Assembly: GCF_028641065.1 (NCBI RefSeq)
Contig: NC_073377.1
Location: 64,914,001-64,978,000, forward strand
Direction: 5' to 3'
DNA from: Leucoraja erinacea
Taxonomy: Eukaryota
DNA: 64,000 nucleotides
Numbering within the stretch: the first letter of the stretch is position 1; every line of letters begins with the position of its first letter. Under the pieces are notes generated by a model that was not told the DNA's origin, made no database searches, and was given only the letters and a program-made list of their open reading frames with translations. This document shows, piece by piece, positions 49,694 to 61,449 of the stretch. The position numbers were made by a program, and so were the translations under genes.

Positions 49694-49908
49694 GCTGTCC
49701 AATATTAGGAAACCTGAACGGAAACCTCTTTGCGCACCACCCAAGGTTTCCCTGCGGTTCCTGGCGGTTGCATGTGGTTGCCGGAGGTTGCAGGTAGTGG
49801 AAGCAGGTAAGGAGACTGACAAAGACCTCCAGGAACCGCACGGAAACCTTGGGTGGGGCGCAAAGTCTCCAGATGTTTCCGTTCAGGTTTCAAAAGTGGG
49901 ACAAGGGG
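49694..49908. mobile_element. Fold-back MITE related to the 39148 element
   Basis: gaaacctgaacggaaac pairs with gtttccgttcaggtttc; ctttgcgcaccacccaaggtttccctgcggttcctgg pairs with ccaggaaccgcacggaaaccttgggtggggcgcaaag; right end aagtgggacaagg. Confidence 0.7.
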
Positions 49909-51202
49909 ATGCCGCCTGACATATTGGTTCTCTCCTGCTTTCCTGCTTGTTGATCTATGGTTTCGTTTATTCAAGATTCCAGCTCCTGAAGTCCATTGTG
50001 TTCCTGACCAGTATGCAGATTATTGGAAAATGTCCACATTAACAATTGTTGTTAATACGGTTTACTCTCTGACAAATATTGCATGGTATTGTTGACATAT
50101 TTATTAACCAATATGTAAAACTAGTAAGATATAATGTTGTATCAATTATGCAATGAGATTCAATTATCTATCTGAATCTATCTGAGGAAGGGTCTCGACC
50201 CGAAACGCCACCAGTTCCTTCGCTCCATAGATGCTGCCTCACCCGCTGAGTTTCTCCAGCATTTTTGTCTACTTTCGAGTTTTCCAGCATCTGCAGTTCT
50301 TTCTTAAACAATTATCTTTCTGTTTCTTTCACATGCAATTACTAATTCGCGTAAAGTGTATTTCACGTGTACTGATCTCTGAACATGGCATCCATTTATT
50401 TCTTTAAAAGATTGAGAGGTATTTTCCCCTTGAGTATTCACCACGCAATCGTTCATCTGAATCTAATCCCAGTTCCACCTTGGTTTACTTTTATAAGCAT
50501 AGGATCCTGACAATATCCCGATTTTCCCCCATTTTACTTTCCTTTTCCGTTCTCGTTCAACTGAGTTAATAATTCTATTGATTATATGTTAATGAGCAAG
50601 TTGTGCTCTCGTCCCTGAAGTTGCTTGATAATAAACGCGGCGTGAATAATGTTTTCCAGGTAATAGTAGTAGTATACGGTAATGGTAAATTCGAAGGAAT
50701 GTGTCTGTAAGTAAAATTGTGCCGACTTCTTCACTGCTGATCACCACCAATTAGTGTTGAATAATTCTCAAACTGTTTTATAATAAACACGTGCCTACTG
50801 CTCCTTTTCTGAATCTGACCATGTCGGAGAATCAAATTTAGGAAAATATTTCTTTAACATTTTTCTGCCAATTAATCATGAGTTCATTTGAACCGCACTT
50901 TGCCCTCGACAGAATTGTTAATGTTGGTTTATTCTGCTTGTTATTGTATTTCAGTTCAAGTTGAACAAAGAAATGTTAACCCATCCAAAACATATCCTGG
51001 ACATATCCTGGCTCCATGCATCCATTAATATGGATTCTTGTCTCTGTGTTAGAAAACTATCCTTTTTCTCCAGACATGCTGCCTGGCCCGCTGAGTTACT
51101 CCAGCGCTTTGACTATTTTTAGAAAACTGCTCGTCTGACCGGAGTAATCGCCACTGTCAGATATTAAAATACATAGGGCATGATCTTCATTTGAATGTTG
51201 CA

Positions 51203-51208
51203 TTTATT
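51203..51208 (-). terminator. Candidate polyadenylation signal (AATAAA) of the Pdx gene
   Basis: Plus-strand tttatt about 120 nt downstream of the stop codon. Other AATAAA hexamers lie further downstream. Confidence 0.4.
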
Positions 51209-51328
51209 CCTTGCAATATATTAAATATTTAAAATGGAAATAAGTGTGGCCATATTGAATAACTGATAAAATGTTACAACATTTACCATCAAGAATATCA
51301 ATAATCAATATATTTTTAGAAGGATGTG

Positions 51329-51723
51329 TTAAAAATGTAATTCCTGTGCTAATAGTAGATGTCCAACTTCGCTATTCATCGAAGTAACTGAAAAATCATT
51401 ATTTGTCTTATTGAATGAGTTTTCGGAGTAACTCCCTTCAAACTCCTCTCCCGCATAGTTTTCGCATAGCGTGCGTTTTGCTTTGCTTGTAATGGTCTTG
51501 ACTTGCCCTTTCGCTTCTTCCTTCTTCCATTTCATCCTCCTGTTTTGGAACCAGATTTTGATGTGCCTCTCGGTGAGATTCAACAACGCGGCGAGTTCCA
51601 CCCGCCGGGGCCTGGAGATGTACTTGGCGAAGTGGAACTCTTTTTCCAGTTCCAACAGCTGACCCCTGCTGTAGGCCGTTCGAGTTCTTTTGCTTTCATC
51701 CCCGTCCATCGGGTGGCTGTTTC
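51329..51723 (-). CDS. pdx2: Pdx homeobox gene, coding exon 2 (homeodomain and C-terminus)
   Basis: Acceptor ctttcttgcag|GA joins exon 1 in frame ([10 protein letters not shown]). Homeodomain [60 protein letters not shown] (51694-51515) carries the Pdx-diagnostic His44. Stop TAA at 51331-51329. Spliced CDS is 714 nt (237 aa); intron is 3835 nt. Confidence 0.93.
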
Positions 51724-54700
51724 CTGCAAGAAAGCCAGATATTCACTGAAAACAAATAACTTAATGAAGCTGAAAAAAGCCTCACGAGCCGAAAAGTCAC
51801 ATATCCATTCATGTTCTCTGGAGATTCCACCTGACCGACTGACTTACTCCAACACTGTGTGTATGTTTATGGTAAACCAGCGTCTGCAGTTCCTGGTGTC
51901 CAGTTTAATGATACCTGCAGATTGAGCGAAATAAGAACACATTTCTGGAGGAACCGAGCGGGTCAGGCAGTATCTGCAGAAGGAAACGGACAATTTTCGG
52001 GTCGGGACTCTTCATCGGTGTTCTTCGCTCAAAACCCCAGCATCTGCGGTTTCTCGTGGCCCGGCAGTCTGCGGTTTCTCGTGGCCCGGCAGTCTGAGGT
52101 TTTCGTCCCGAGTCGGGATGTGTTGGCCGTTCACAAAGTTCAATTTTCAACTCGAGCACTTGAAAAATGAGTAGGAAGGAACTGCAGATGCTGGTTTACA
52201 CCGATGACAGACTTACAAAGCTGGAGTAACTCTGCGGGTCACAAATAAGTGACGTTTTATAAGAAACGCCACGTATTCCTTTTCTCCAGAGATGCTGTGT
52301 GGCCCTTTGAAAAATGACTATCAAAAATCGACATCATTTTCTGGAACATTGTCGAGAGGCGATTGATAGTCAAGAACTAATTTTTCAAAGGGCCCAAAAC
52401 ATTCTGAAATTCTCTGACGCGTTAATTGACTTTGAACTTCTAAATGTAATTGTAACTCGTCTTATTCTCGCAAATCATAATGATACGTTAACCAATATCT
52501 TTTAGTCGGAGGGGAGGGAATCACCTTAATTGCAGATTCTGGTCCAGTTTCGTCGGAAATGAAATACACCTATCTACGTCCTCCGCTGATGTTGCCTGGC
52601 CCGGTGAATTACTCCAGGACTTGGTGTTTTTTACAATGATGGGATCTGAAACATTACCAGAACCATGGGTGATCTATCATGAATCTCAGATATATAAAGT
52701 AGCGCAGGGTGCCCAAGATACATTAAGCGCGCTGATGGACAAGTACTTATTTCCTGTGCGATATGTTGGTAGTTACGGGAAAATAACATAAAATTGCTGA
52801 AAATTCCTTCCAATTGCGGTCATTGTTTTGGTCTTCAATGCCCTTTTTCTTGAACAACAATTTTTGAAATTCACTGGAGTCCTTGAGAATCAATTAGTCA
52901 TCCAAACAAGGCATGTCTTCGTTGCTCCTTTAGTAACAGGTGCCATATCGATACAATTGCCCTGAGAACTTCATGGAATCTCAAGGTTCCAGGGGATTCA
53001 GAAATTGTTCTGCGCAAATTAAATCCTCAGAAAACTCAGTTTTCCCGAAAATTGTAGTAGGCATGGAACCCCAAAAGCCACTATAAAATTGTATGATTAA
53101 ATACAACTTTAGAAAAAAAAAGCTACCATGGGTGCTTGAATTGGGTGTCCCAAATCCTTCATCATAAACACCGAAGAAAATTGAAACAATAGGATATAAA
53201 ATGGAACATAGCTTGACTACTCTTTGTTAACAATTAAGTTAGATCGTCATTGGTAACATATCGGCATCTCCCTGCCCTGTTACCGTATTCCTTCATTTCT
53301 AGGTTTCATAAGTATATGTTCAATTTAATATTAATGTTGGATTGAAAGCCAGTGCTCTTTTGTAACTCGATACATGATACAGTAAATCGTGAAATTAAAA
53401 TATTTTAACAGAACCTAAAATAATCTTATTTTTAGCGCGTCATTAACCCATCTTCTATTCTCTTGTATTTAAATATCAAACCACGTTTTTTGGCACCGAT
53501 AAACTGGTTACTGCTTTATGCGGTGCCTGGTCGGGTAATAAAAACGAATAAGGTGATTTCCTTTCGTTGATCTTCACCAAGGTAGGTGGATTGGGGCAGG
53601 TACATATTGCATTCTCTAAATGTATACGTTGCCATTTCAGACCGAAGATTGGAGATGTGCGTGGATTTGTTCCCATTGAGTGGCGTTTGCATTTATCTGT
53701 GGGAAGTTTTGTCCTTGGAGGTGTCCATTAAGAAATGTTGGAGTTTATTTCTAGCACAGATTAATATAATTTCATTTCTACGATTTGATTTTTTTTTGTG
53801 GATTTGAAATCTCCTTACATTAAGACAATAGGTATTTACTCCAATATATATATAACACACACACACACATGTATGCATATATATATTAATGAGCAACAAT
53901 TAATTAGCATATATATATATGCTAATTAATTGGTGCTAATTAATAGAGCACAGGTATAAAGCTTTAAGTATAGACATTTTTTTTAAATACTGTAATAATA
54001 TTTATTTGCACCTGGCAAATGCAGACGGTCAAAATCAAATGCAAGTTCAGCTAAATTTAACCGGAGTGCCTTTTAAGTGAGACTGGTTACTAATTTGTAC
54101 TCTCCGTCGGCATGGATGTTGTGGGCCGAAAAGCCTGTTGTTGTAAGGTGTAATTATTGTCACTATTATATTGCTTGTTTTAATCATAATGACCCATTTT
54201 CTATTGATGATCAACTGCATTAACTTCCCGTTTGCAGCCCGTCTGCTTTACATTCTACGCTTGATTTAAACTGATTTAAATTTTGGTCTAAACATCAATC
54301 ATTTCTTAATATGTAATTAAAAATCACTATATTATCACCTGCTGAGAAGAAAATTCCTAATAAATGGTAGCATTGTAAAGTAACTATATTTTCCATCACC
54401 TTTTAAATCCCAGAATTTCTGCACAACATTTCTCGAAAGAAATGCGCAGAGAAGGGAAATTGATTTTATTCTTGCGATAATAACATTTATGCAATTACCA
54501 TGTCGCGGAAATTTGTGTCAACAAATTCACGGTGAGCATAAGTGCCAAGATAAGTCTCCAAATAATTAAATGTATAGGAGAGTGGGATTTCGGGCCCACC
54601 CAGTTGCCTTCCCACAGACGATTCGCAACGTTGTGCATTTTCGCCACTCTAATCAAGGAAGGGGTGAGCGTCTACGGTAAAACGCTCCAGGAAGATAGAG

Positions 54701-54974
54701 CTGTGACATTCCTCCTGGATGATTCAGCCCCGATTGACCATTTCCCACGTTTCTTGTTGCTTCGTTCCACCTGCATAGCAACCGTCAAATTCAACAAGTA
54801 ATCTTCGACATATGCCGGGCGAATATGCTTGGCTGCAGCACGGGCGTTGTCGAGCTTTTAAATATATTTTATATCCAGGGTTAACAATGGCCTTTATAAT
54901 TCGAGGGGGGGGGGAGGGAATACTTGATTTGCCACTGTCATGACTTTGAATTGATTTTTTGGCTGCACCTATTA

Positions 54975-55280
54975 GGGGCGGCACAGAGGCGCGCCTGCTA
55001 GTTGTGCTTCACAGCTCCAGAGACCCAGGTTTCAATCCTGACCTCAGCTGTTGGCTGTGTGGAGTTTGCACCTTCTCATTGTGACCGTGTGGGTTTCCTC
55101 TGGGTGCTCCAGTTTCCTCTCGCATCCCAAAAGGCAATCGGCCTCCGTTAATTGCCCCAGGTATACAGGGAGTGGATGCGAAGCTGGGATAACATGCATG
55201 TATGTGAACTGGTGATCAATGGTCGGCTTTGACTTGGTGGGACGAAGGGCCTATTTCCATGCTGTGTCTCTAAATTAAGC
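54975..55280 (+). mobile_element. V-SINE (HE1-like) in the Pdx intron
   Basis: ggggcggcacag... head, V-domain gtgtggagtttgca...gggtttcctctgggtgctccagtttcc, and tail gaagggcctatttccatgctgt. Confidence 0.8.
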
Positions 55281-55558
55281 TATCGTCGGGTGATGAATAT
55301 ATTGGAGTGTGCATTCTTGATTACATTTATGTTTTCTATATATACCCCAGGGATGCGTGGCCACACGCAGAAATATATCTCACGCAATGGACGTACTTCT
55401 TTAAACGCGCGATGTAGTGATAACATTTCTCAGTAAAATTATCATATACATTATCTACGAAAATGTGTGGGTGATTATTATGGTTAAGAACTTTTGACAT
55501 TTCGTTCATCCCTCCTACTAAACACAAAACGGACTATTTGATGATCCTGTAACCGTAC

Positions 55559-55877
55559 CTGCCCACTGATCGCTCCAAGCATAGGCATGCGATTTAGTAT
55601 TTTTCATCCAAGGGAACGGGTAGCGCCCCTGAGGTTCACGGTTCTCCGCGTACTCGGCGTTGAGAAAATTCACCTGGGGAAGGTGGCAAGAGTTCAGATC
55701 TGCCGGACTGCCGTAGGGGGTGAAATCCGTCAAATTCTGCTGGTTGAAATCGCCCAAGCACGACCCGAGGAGAGGGGGCTGCGGATTCCCATCGTAGATG
55801 CAGGCAGGTGGATCTTGCGTGTATTCCAGTCCCTGGTATTGGCAGGCACTTTCGAAATAGTCCACGTCGCAATCCAT
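55559..55877 (-). CDS. pdx2: Pdx (Xlox) ParaHox homeobox gene, coding exon 1 (transactivation region and hexapeptide)
   Basis: Translates MDCDVDYFESACQY...DPPACIY...DFTPY...YPFPWMKNTKSHAYAWSDQWAG, matching Pdx motifs (PPACLY, DISPY, PFPWMKSTKAHAW..QWAG). Phase-1 donor GCAG|gtacgg after 55559. An alternative in-frame ATG lies at 55898. Pdx family call is strong; Pdx2 versus Pdx1 rests on synteny and divergence. Confidence 0.9.
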
Positions 55878-56640
55878 AACTGAGACGCGTTCTAACATCT
55901 ACGTAGATCGTATGCTCACACCTGGTCACAAACTCTCTACCTGGTTCTTTGTCATGTGATTATTTGTCAGTCTATTATTGGCGGGTCGAGAACAAATGAG
56001 CGTTTGCTTTTCTTAGAAAAACGCAATGCATCTTATGTGAACCATAGCAATAGGGAACAATATACCGTGATAATAATCTGGCTGAGTTTCTGCACATCCG
56101 CTTGTTTCTACTGCAACTATCTAACTCTTGGAAAATGGTTGTAAAGAGCAAAGAGTAGAATCAGAATTTGTATGCAATGAGTTCGAAACATCAATTGCAC
56201 TGTTCCAATGAACTTTGGACATATTACATCTGCAAAATAATCAGGTAAGAGGGGATATAACGTACTGCGGTATATTGTATGTCGATATGGAAATGCGTGG
56301 GTGGGCATGTACATATCACACGTGTTTGACATATACGTTGAAATCAATGCCTTAAAAAAGAGGAAATCAAGCAACAGAGAAAATAGAGGCTGGGGTAGTA
56401 GGCATTGCGAGCCCGCACGTCGTTCTATGCCTTCATGGTATAGTCTCTATCTCTATAACATATTCATGTTCTTCCCCCCACTCTAATACAGCCCCAAATC
56501 CCTGGATGCGATTTGTGTCGAGAAATCTGCCCCTCCCATCAACTATTCAGAGATTGTTCTCCACTGTTTTTCCTGGTAATATTACAAATTCATCACTGAG
56601 AGAAGAAATATCTACCAATATTTAATATTCACCAATATCT

Positions 56641-56950
56641 CGGCACGGTGGCGCAGCGGTAGAGTTGCTGCCTTACAGCGCTTGCAACGCCGGAGACCCG
56701 GGTTCGATCCCACCTGCTTGTACGGAGTTTGTACGTTCTCCCCGTGACCTGCGTGGGTTTTCTCAGAGATCTTCGGTTTCCTCGCACACTCCAAAGCCGC
56801 ACAGGTAATTGGCTTGGTAAATGTAAACATTTTCCCGTGTGTGTAGGATACTGTTAATACGCGGGTGTCGCTTGTCGGCGCGGGACCCGGTGGGCCGAAG
56901 GGCCTGTTTCCGCGCTGTAACTCTAAAATTAAAAAAACCTAAAACTAAAT
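56641..56950 (+). mobile_element. V-SINE (HE1-like), well preserved, upstream of Pdx
   Basis: cggcacggtggcgcagcggtagag (A box), gggttcgatcc (B box), V-domain, and tail gggccgaagggcctgtttccgcgctgta. Confidence 0.9.
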
Positions 56951-58519
56951 CTCGCCTAATATTTTATCGTCTGTACAGAGATGGCGACCCTCGGAGTAGA
57001 CGCCCTCCTCTGCATACTCCCCACGTCCAAATGGATGCATAATAACAGGTCATAAGACTCCAAACCACATAATCCTGTTTTTTTTCATACAGACTAGAGT
57101 TTGTTCATTTATCATTCCATGCATGTGCATATTTAGTTGTAATTATTCGGTTATTTTCTTATTCTTTCCACAATTAGGAAGATGATACGCTCTTGTCTTC
57201 CATCACAGTGCATTGTGGTAGATGTTTATGTTAATTTTAGTGTAGTTGTGTGTCTTGTTGCTTTTTTGGAATGACTGTGCAGCAAATCAAATTCCTTGTA
57301 TGTTTTTTACACACTTGGCTAATAAATTAGTTACAATTACAATTAGTTACAATTACAATTACAATTAGCCTTTTATTGAGAGTGGTTAGATTTGCCTTCT
57401 CCAGCCGGTAGTCATTCCGCAAACCCTTCATCAATTTAACTTTTTAAAATGATTATAAAAGGCAAATGATTCAAACGTATAAAATAAAACTATCCTTTGT
57501 ATTAACATTTATCCTTGGTATGTATTGATTTCCAAATCCATTGCTTCCAAGCCATTTAGTAGGTTTAAGTGCTGACGGCAGGTTTGTATGTCCTCAGCAC
57601 GGTAGCACAGAACAGGGACATTTACAATGGATTAGAAACAGTTTACAATAGCAGCCTTGTGCCAATTGTTGATTTACACAAGCACTCGACTGATTAATAG
57701 GATTTTATTTCTACCAGTGACCTCTGTTCAACAGAACAGATAGATTTGTTCCCTCCACACCCTGTACCCCACCCCACCAGCACACTGAGATTATGAAATA
57801 ACATTGCTAATCAAGCTGTTACTTCTGGTGCCATTCACTGTCAGTTTAAGAACACGCCTCTCATTGAACTAAAGTTTGGTCTAAGGTATTCTGCCGTCGT
57901 GGTGAAGGTATTGATTTTCTCCAGTTTATTCTGTATCCTGTGTACACAGTAGAAATAAATGACCTATTGACCCGCTATCAGGTAACAAACTATAGGTTGA
58001 CTTGGATACCAAAGCATGGTGGTATTGAACAAAGATTATCCAGCAGGAAAATAGCTGCTGTTTTCATGTTGTCTCTCCCCTATTTATTTAGAAATGCTAC
58101 CTGAACCTGTTTCCGATATTTAATTTTTAAAAAAGAATGTAAATAATGTTTAACAGTGCATTTGTTGGAACTCCACACGTATATATTACAATAGTGCATC
58201 ATTTGGAAAAAAAAATGAATATCCGTGGAAATTACAGATTCTGCCACGTTTGGTTACTACCGAAATTCTTGGCTTACACTATCAGTGCCGAGTGTCACCT
58301 CTTTGACTCGTTCACAATTCAAAACCCACCCACCCACCCTTTCAATCTCTACCTTTCTCTCTCTCTACCTCTCTCTCTCTCTCTCTTTCACTCACAGACA
58401 CACAGGAATGTAATCTCTGCCCTGGATTGTAGCTTTGGAAAGGAGAGTCAGAGACGTCGCACAATGGGTGGTGGAGTGGGGGCGGGAGGGTGTTAAGAGG
58501 TTTCATTTATTATAAATAT

Positions 58520-59290
58520 TTATATTGTCAAGAAACTACCATAGCGCACTCTTTTGTTTTTTGTACAAAAATCCAAAAATTCTGGTATGAAATATTTGAT
58601 ATTTTTTCAAAATTAATCAAAATAAAACTGGTACCAAAACCAGAACGGATTATTTTTGGAATATCGGAGGGTAACCCTGAACTAAACGTGTTTCAGAAGA
58701 ATTTATTTAATTACGGGCTAATAATGGGAAAAAAGCTTATACTTAAATTCTGGAAAAATGCGCCCACACCAACAATAAAAATGTGGATATCAAATATGTT
58801 TGAAACATTACATCTGGAAAAGATGAGATTCCTCTTAGCAGGTAAAGCAGACCAATTCCAAAAGACGTGGTCTATGTTTCTAGACCTATTACAAGTATGA
58901 GGTGCAATAGTAATTTTAATAAATAAATAAATGGTATCAGGACCTTGTAACGGGAGGTAAAACAACAAAAACAGACTTGGTTGGTAGTCCCCTTTCTGCG
59001 GAGTTTAATGTTATAATAGAGCGATTGTTCCTATTTTCTTTTTCTTTCTTTTCTAGGGTCTACTTTCTCACTTTACTTCCTTCTCTAACTTCTTTTCTAA
59101 GGGACTTTCTTTTCCCAACACTCTTGCACTTCACGACTCTTGCGCACTTTCTTTACTTTCTTTACTTCTATCTTTTTCTTAAAGCTCAAAAAAAATGAAG
59201 CGGTACAAAAAATGTATTAAGACATATGTGTTGTGTAGTATTGTAATTTACCGTACATCTAATAATTTTTTTTAAATAAATAAATAAATA
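58520..59290 (+). mobile_element. L1 ORF2 C-terminus and 3' UTR fragment
   Basis: HSFVFCTKIQKFW...KKLILKFWKN.PTPTIKMW...LHLEKMRF...FQKTW, homologous to the end of the 28042 ORF. T-rich UTR and A-rich tail. Confidence 0.85.
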
Positions 59291-59893
59291 AATATTTATA
59301 TTTATATCAACAATATTTCACAAGGGCAACATCACTTAAAATATGTATGGATTATATCATGTAGTTTATTTCCGTGCAATTGTTGTCATCCTCTGATGAA
59401 TAAAAAATAAATAAATAACTTCCCTGTGGAGCATTACATTTTAAATGCTCGCTCAACAATATTTGATATAGTTTTTATAACATTTTTTGAAGAGCAAGGT
59501 AATAGCTACTACCATAATCGGAGGCATTAAATGGTAACGTTCTTGAACTGACATTAACGCATCTTTGTGTAAGCAAGCTCTACTTCTGAGTTCTTAGCAA
59601 AAGCAAAGAAAACTCGTGCATTTGCATGAACTTTGTTTTCTTCGTGGGCACTTAAAAAATTGGAAATAATTTATGTGAGCAGCCTTATCATCTTCATGAT
59701 GATAAGGCTCATCTTCATACAGAAGATAGACATGAAATGCTGGAGTAACGCAGCAGGCCAGGCTATATGTCCGTCTGGAAATGGGTTGAAATCAGTTAGG
59801 AGTTAATTCAGAAACAGAAATTCAGCCTTGGATGGACAAGGGCTGCACAATCTCTGGGCTGTTCTGAACAAGTGCATCGCTGCATGCTGGGAG

Positions 59894-60045
59894 GCACCAT
59901 GCACTGCACCATGCACTGCACCATGCACTGCACCATGCACTGCACCATGCACTGCACCATGCACTGCACCATGCACTGCACCATGCACTGCACCATGCAC
60001 TGCACCATGCACTGCACCATGCACTGCACCATGCACTGCACATGC
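59894..60045. repeat. 12-bp minisatellite (GCACCATGCACT) x12
   Basis: Twelve perfect units from 59894 to 60037 plus a partial unit. Confidence 0.95.
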
Positions 60046-60822
60046 TCAACACGGGCGCGCCATTTCAATTAATTGAAAACGCCAGAGAGTAGAGATTTTA
60101 CCTTAACTACTCCCCTTCACCCTCCTTGCTTCCTATAACATACTGCTTAAAACCTTTCTTAATGGCTATGTGTTTGGCCACATGCTCTAATATTGCTATT
60201 CTTCTGTTTGGTGCTATTTTCTTTATTACATCTCTTGTGAGTTGTATATTTTTGCAATGTTCAATTACATTAGTTTATTGTCAAACACAGAAATTCCTTG
60301 TTCACATGAAGCTCACTGAGTAAACTGTATAGAAGGTGATTGTAAATACAAAGATAAATAAAACAATAAATAAACAAAAGAGTGCGAAACAACAGAATGT
60401 TACAAGATTGCCGTGCTAAATCCGAGCATTGCAAAAAAAAAAATTAAAGTAATGTACTACAATAGAATATCCTGATGAGTGTAGGTGACCCCTGTGGCCA
60501 TTCCCCTTCAATAAAGGGATTCCCTTTTGGATACTGTTGAGGTTGATGACCTGTCAAGGGTAAGCAGCAGTAACAGTCAGGTCTGTGCCACCGAGGGGAA
60601 GAGTAATGTCAGGTAGGGCCATAGAGTGTAGGAGACTTGTTAGTTCGGTGGGGGGATGGCAGCAATTGAGACTTCTGGATGGTGTGCTGCCACAGTGGTG
60701 CCAGGCTCTGGAATGTCTCAGCGCAGCTGCATGACGTTCTCAAGAGCGAAGGTGAGCAGCCAGAAGTCTTTATGCATGTTGGCATAAATTATACAGGCAG
60801 AAAAAAGATAGATCCTGCAAAA

Positions 60823-61362
60823 TGGTGTACAATTTTGGTCGCCCAATTATAGGAAGGATGTCAACAAAATAGAGAGTACAGAGGAGATTTACTAGAATGT
60901 TGCCTGGGTTTCAGCAACTAAGTTACAGAGGAAGGTTGAACAAGTTAGGTCTTTATTCTCTGGAGCACAGAAGGTTAAGGGGGGACTTGATAGAGGTCTT
61001 TAAAATGATGAGAGGGATAGACAGAGTTGACGTGGACAAGCTTTTCCCATTGAGAGTAGGGAAGATTCAAACAAGAGGACATTACTTCAGAATTAAGGGA
61101 CAGAAGTTTAGGGGTAACATGAGGGGGAACTCTTTACTCAGAGAGTGGTAGCTGTGTGGAATGAGCTTCCAGTGGAAGTGGTGGAGGCAGGTTCAATTTT
61201 ATAATTTAAAAATAAATTGGATAGGTATATGGATGGGAAAGGAATGGAGGGTTATGGTCTGAGTGCAGGTAGATGGGACTAGGGGAAAATAATTGTTCGG
61301 CACGGACTTGTAGGACCGAGATGGCCTGTTTCCATGCTGTAATTGTTATATGGTTATATGGT
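60823..61362 (+). mobile_element. Young CR1 3' fragment
   Basis: Nearly identical to 25018-25566. Confidence 0.92.
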
Positions 61363-61449
61363 AAAATAAATATAGCGAGTTAGACAAAATTTAAAAAGCA
61401 GGATCTCCAGGGTACTAATCTCCAGATTACTTCCAGTGCCATTTGCTAG

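Noticed and set aside
51503-51925. 140-aa plus-strand ORF overlapping the homeobox; also 55587-55883 and 55636-55929
   Set aside because: Antisense or alternative-frame shadows of the Pdx exons.
56641-56712. tRNA-like sequence with A and B boxes
   Set aside because: Head of a V-SINE continuing into the V-domain and CR1 tail; not a tRNA gene.
59803-60076. Repetitive ORFs (VHGA, VQCM, CSAW, PCTA, MHCT) resembling Cys/His-rich proteins, or a CRISPR-like array
   Set aside because: All frames are open because of a stop-free 12-bp tandem repeat; there are no spacers and the DNA is eukaryotic.
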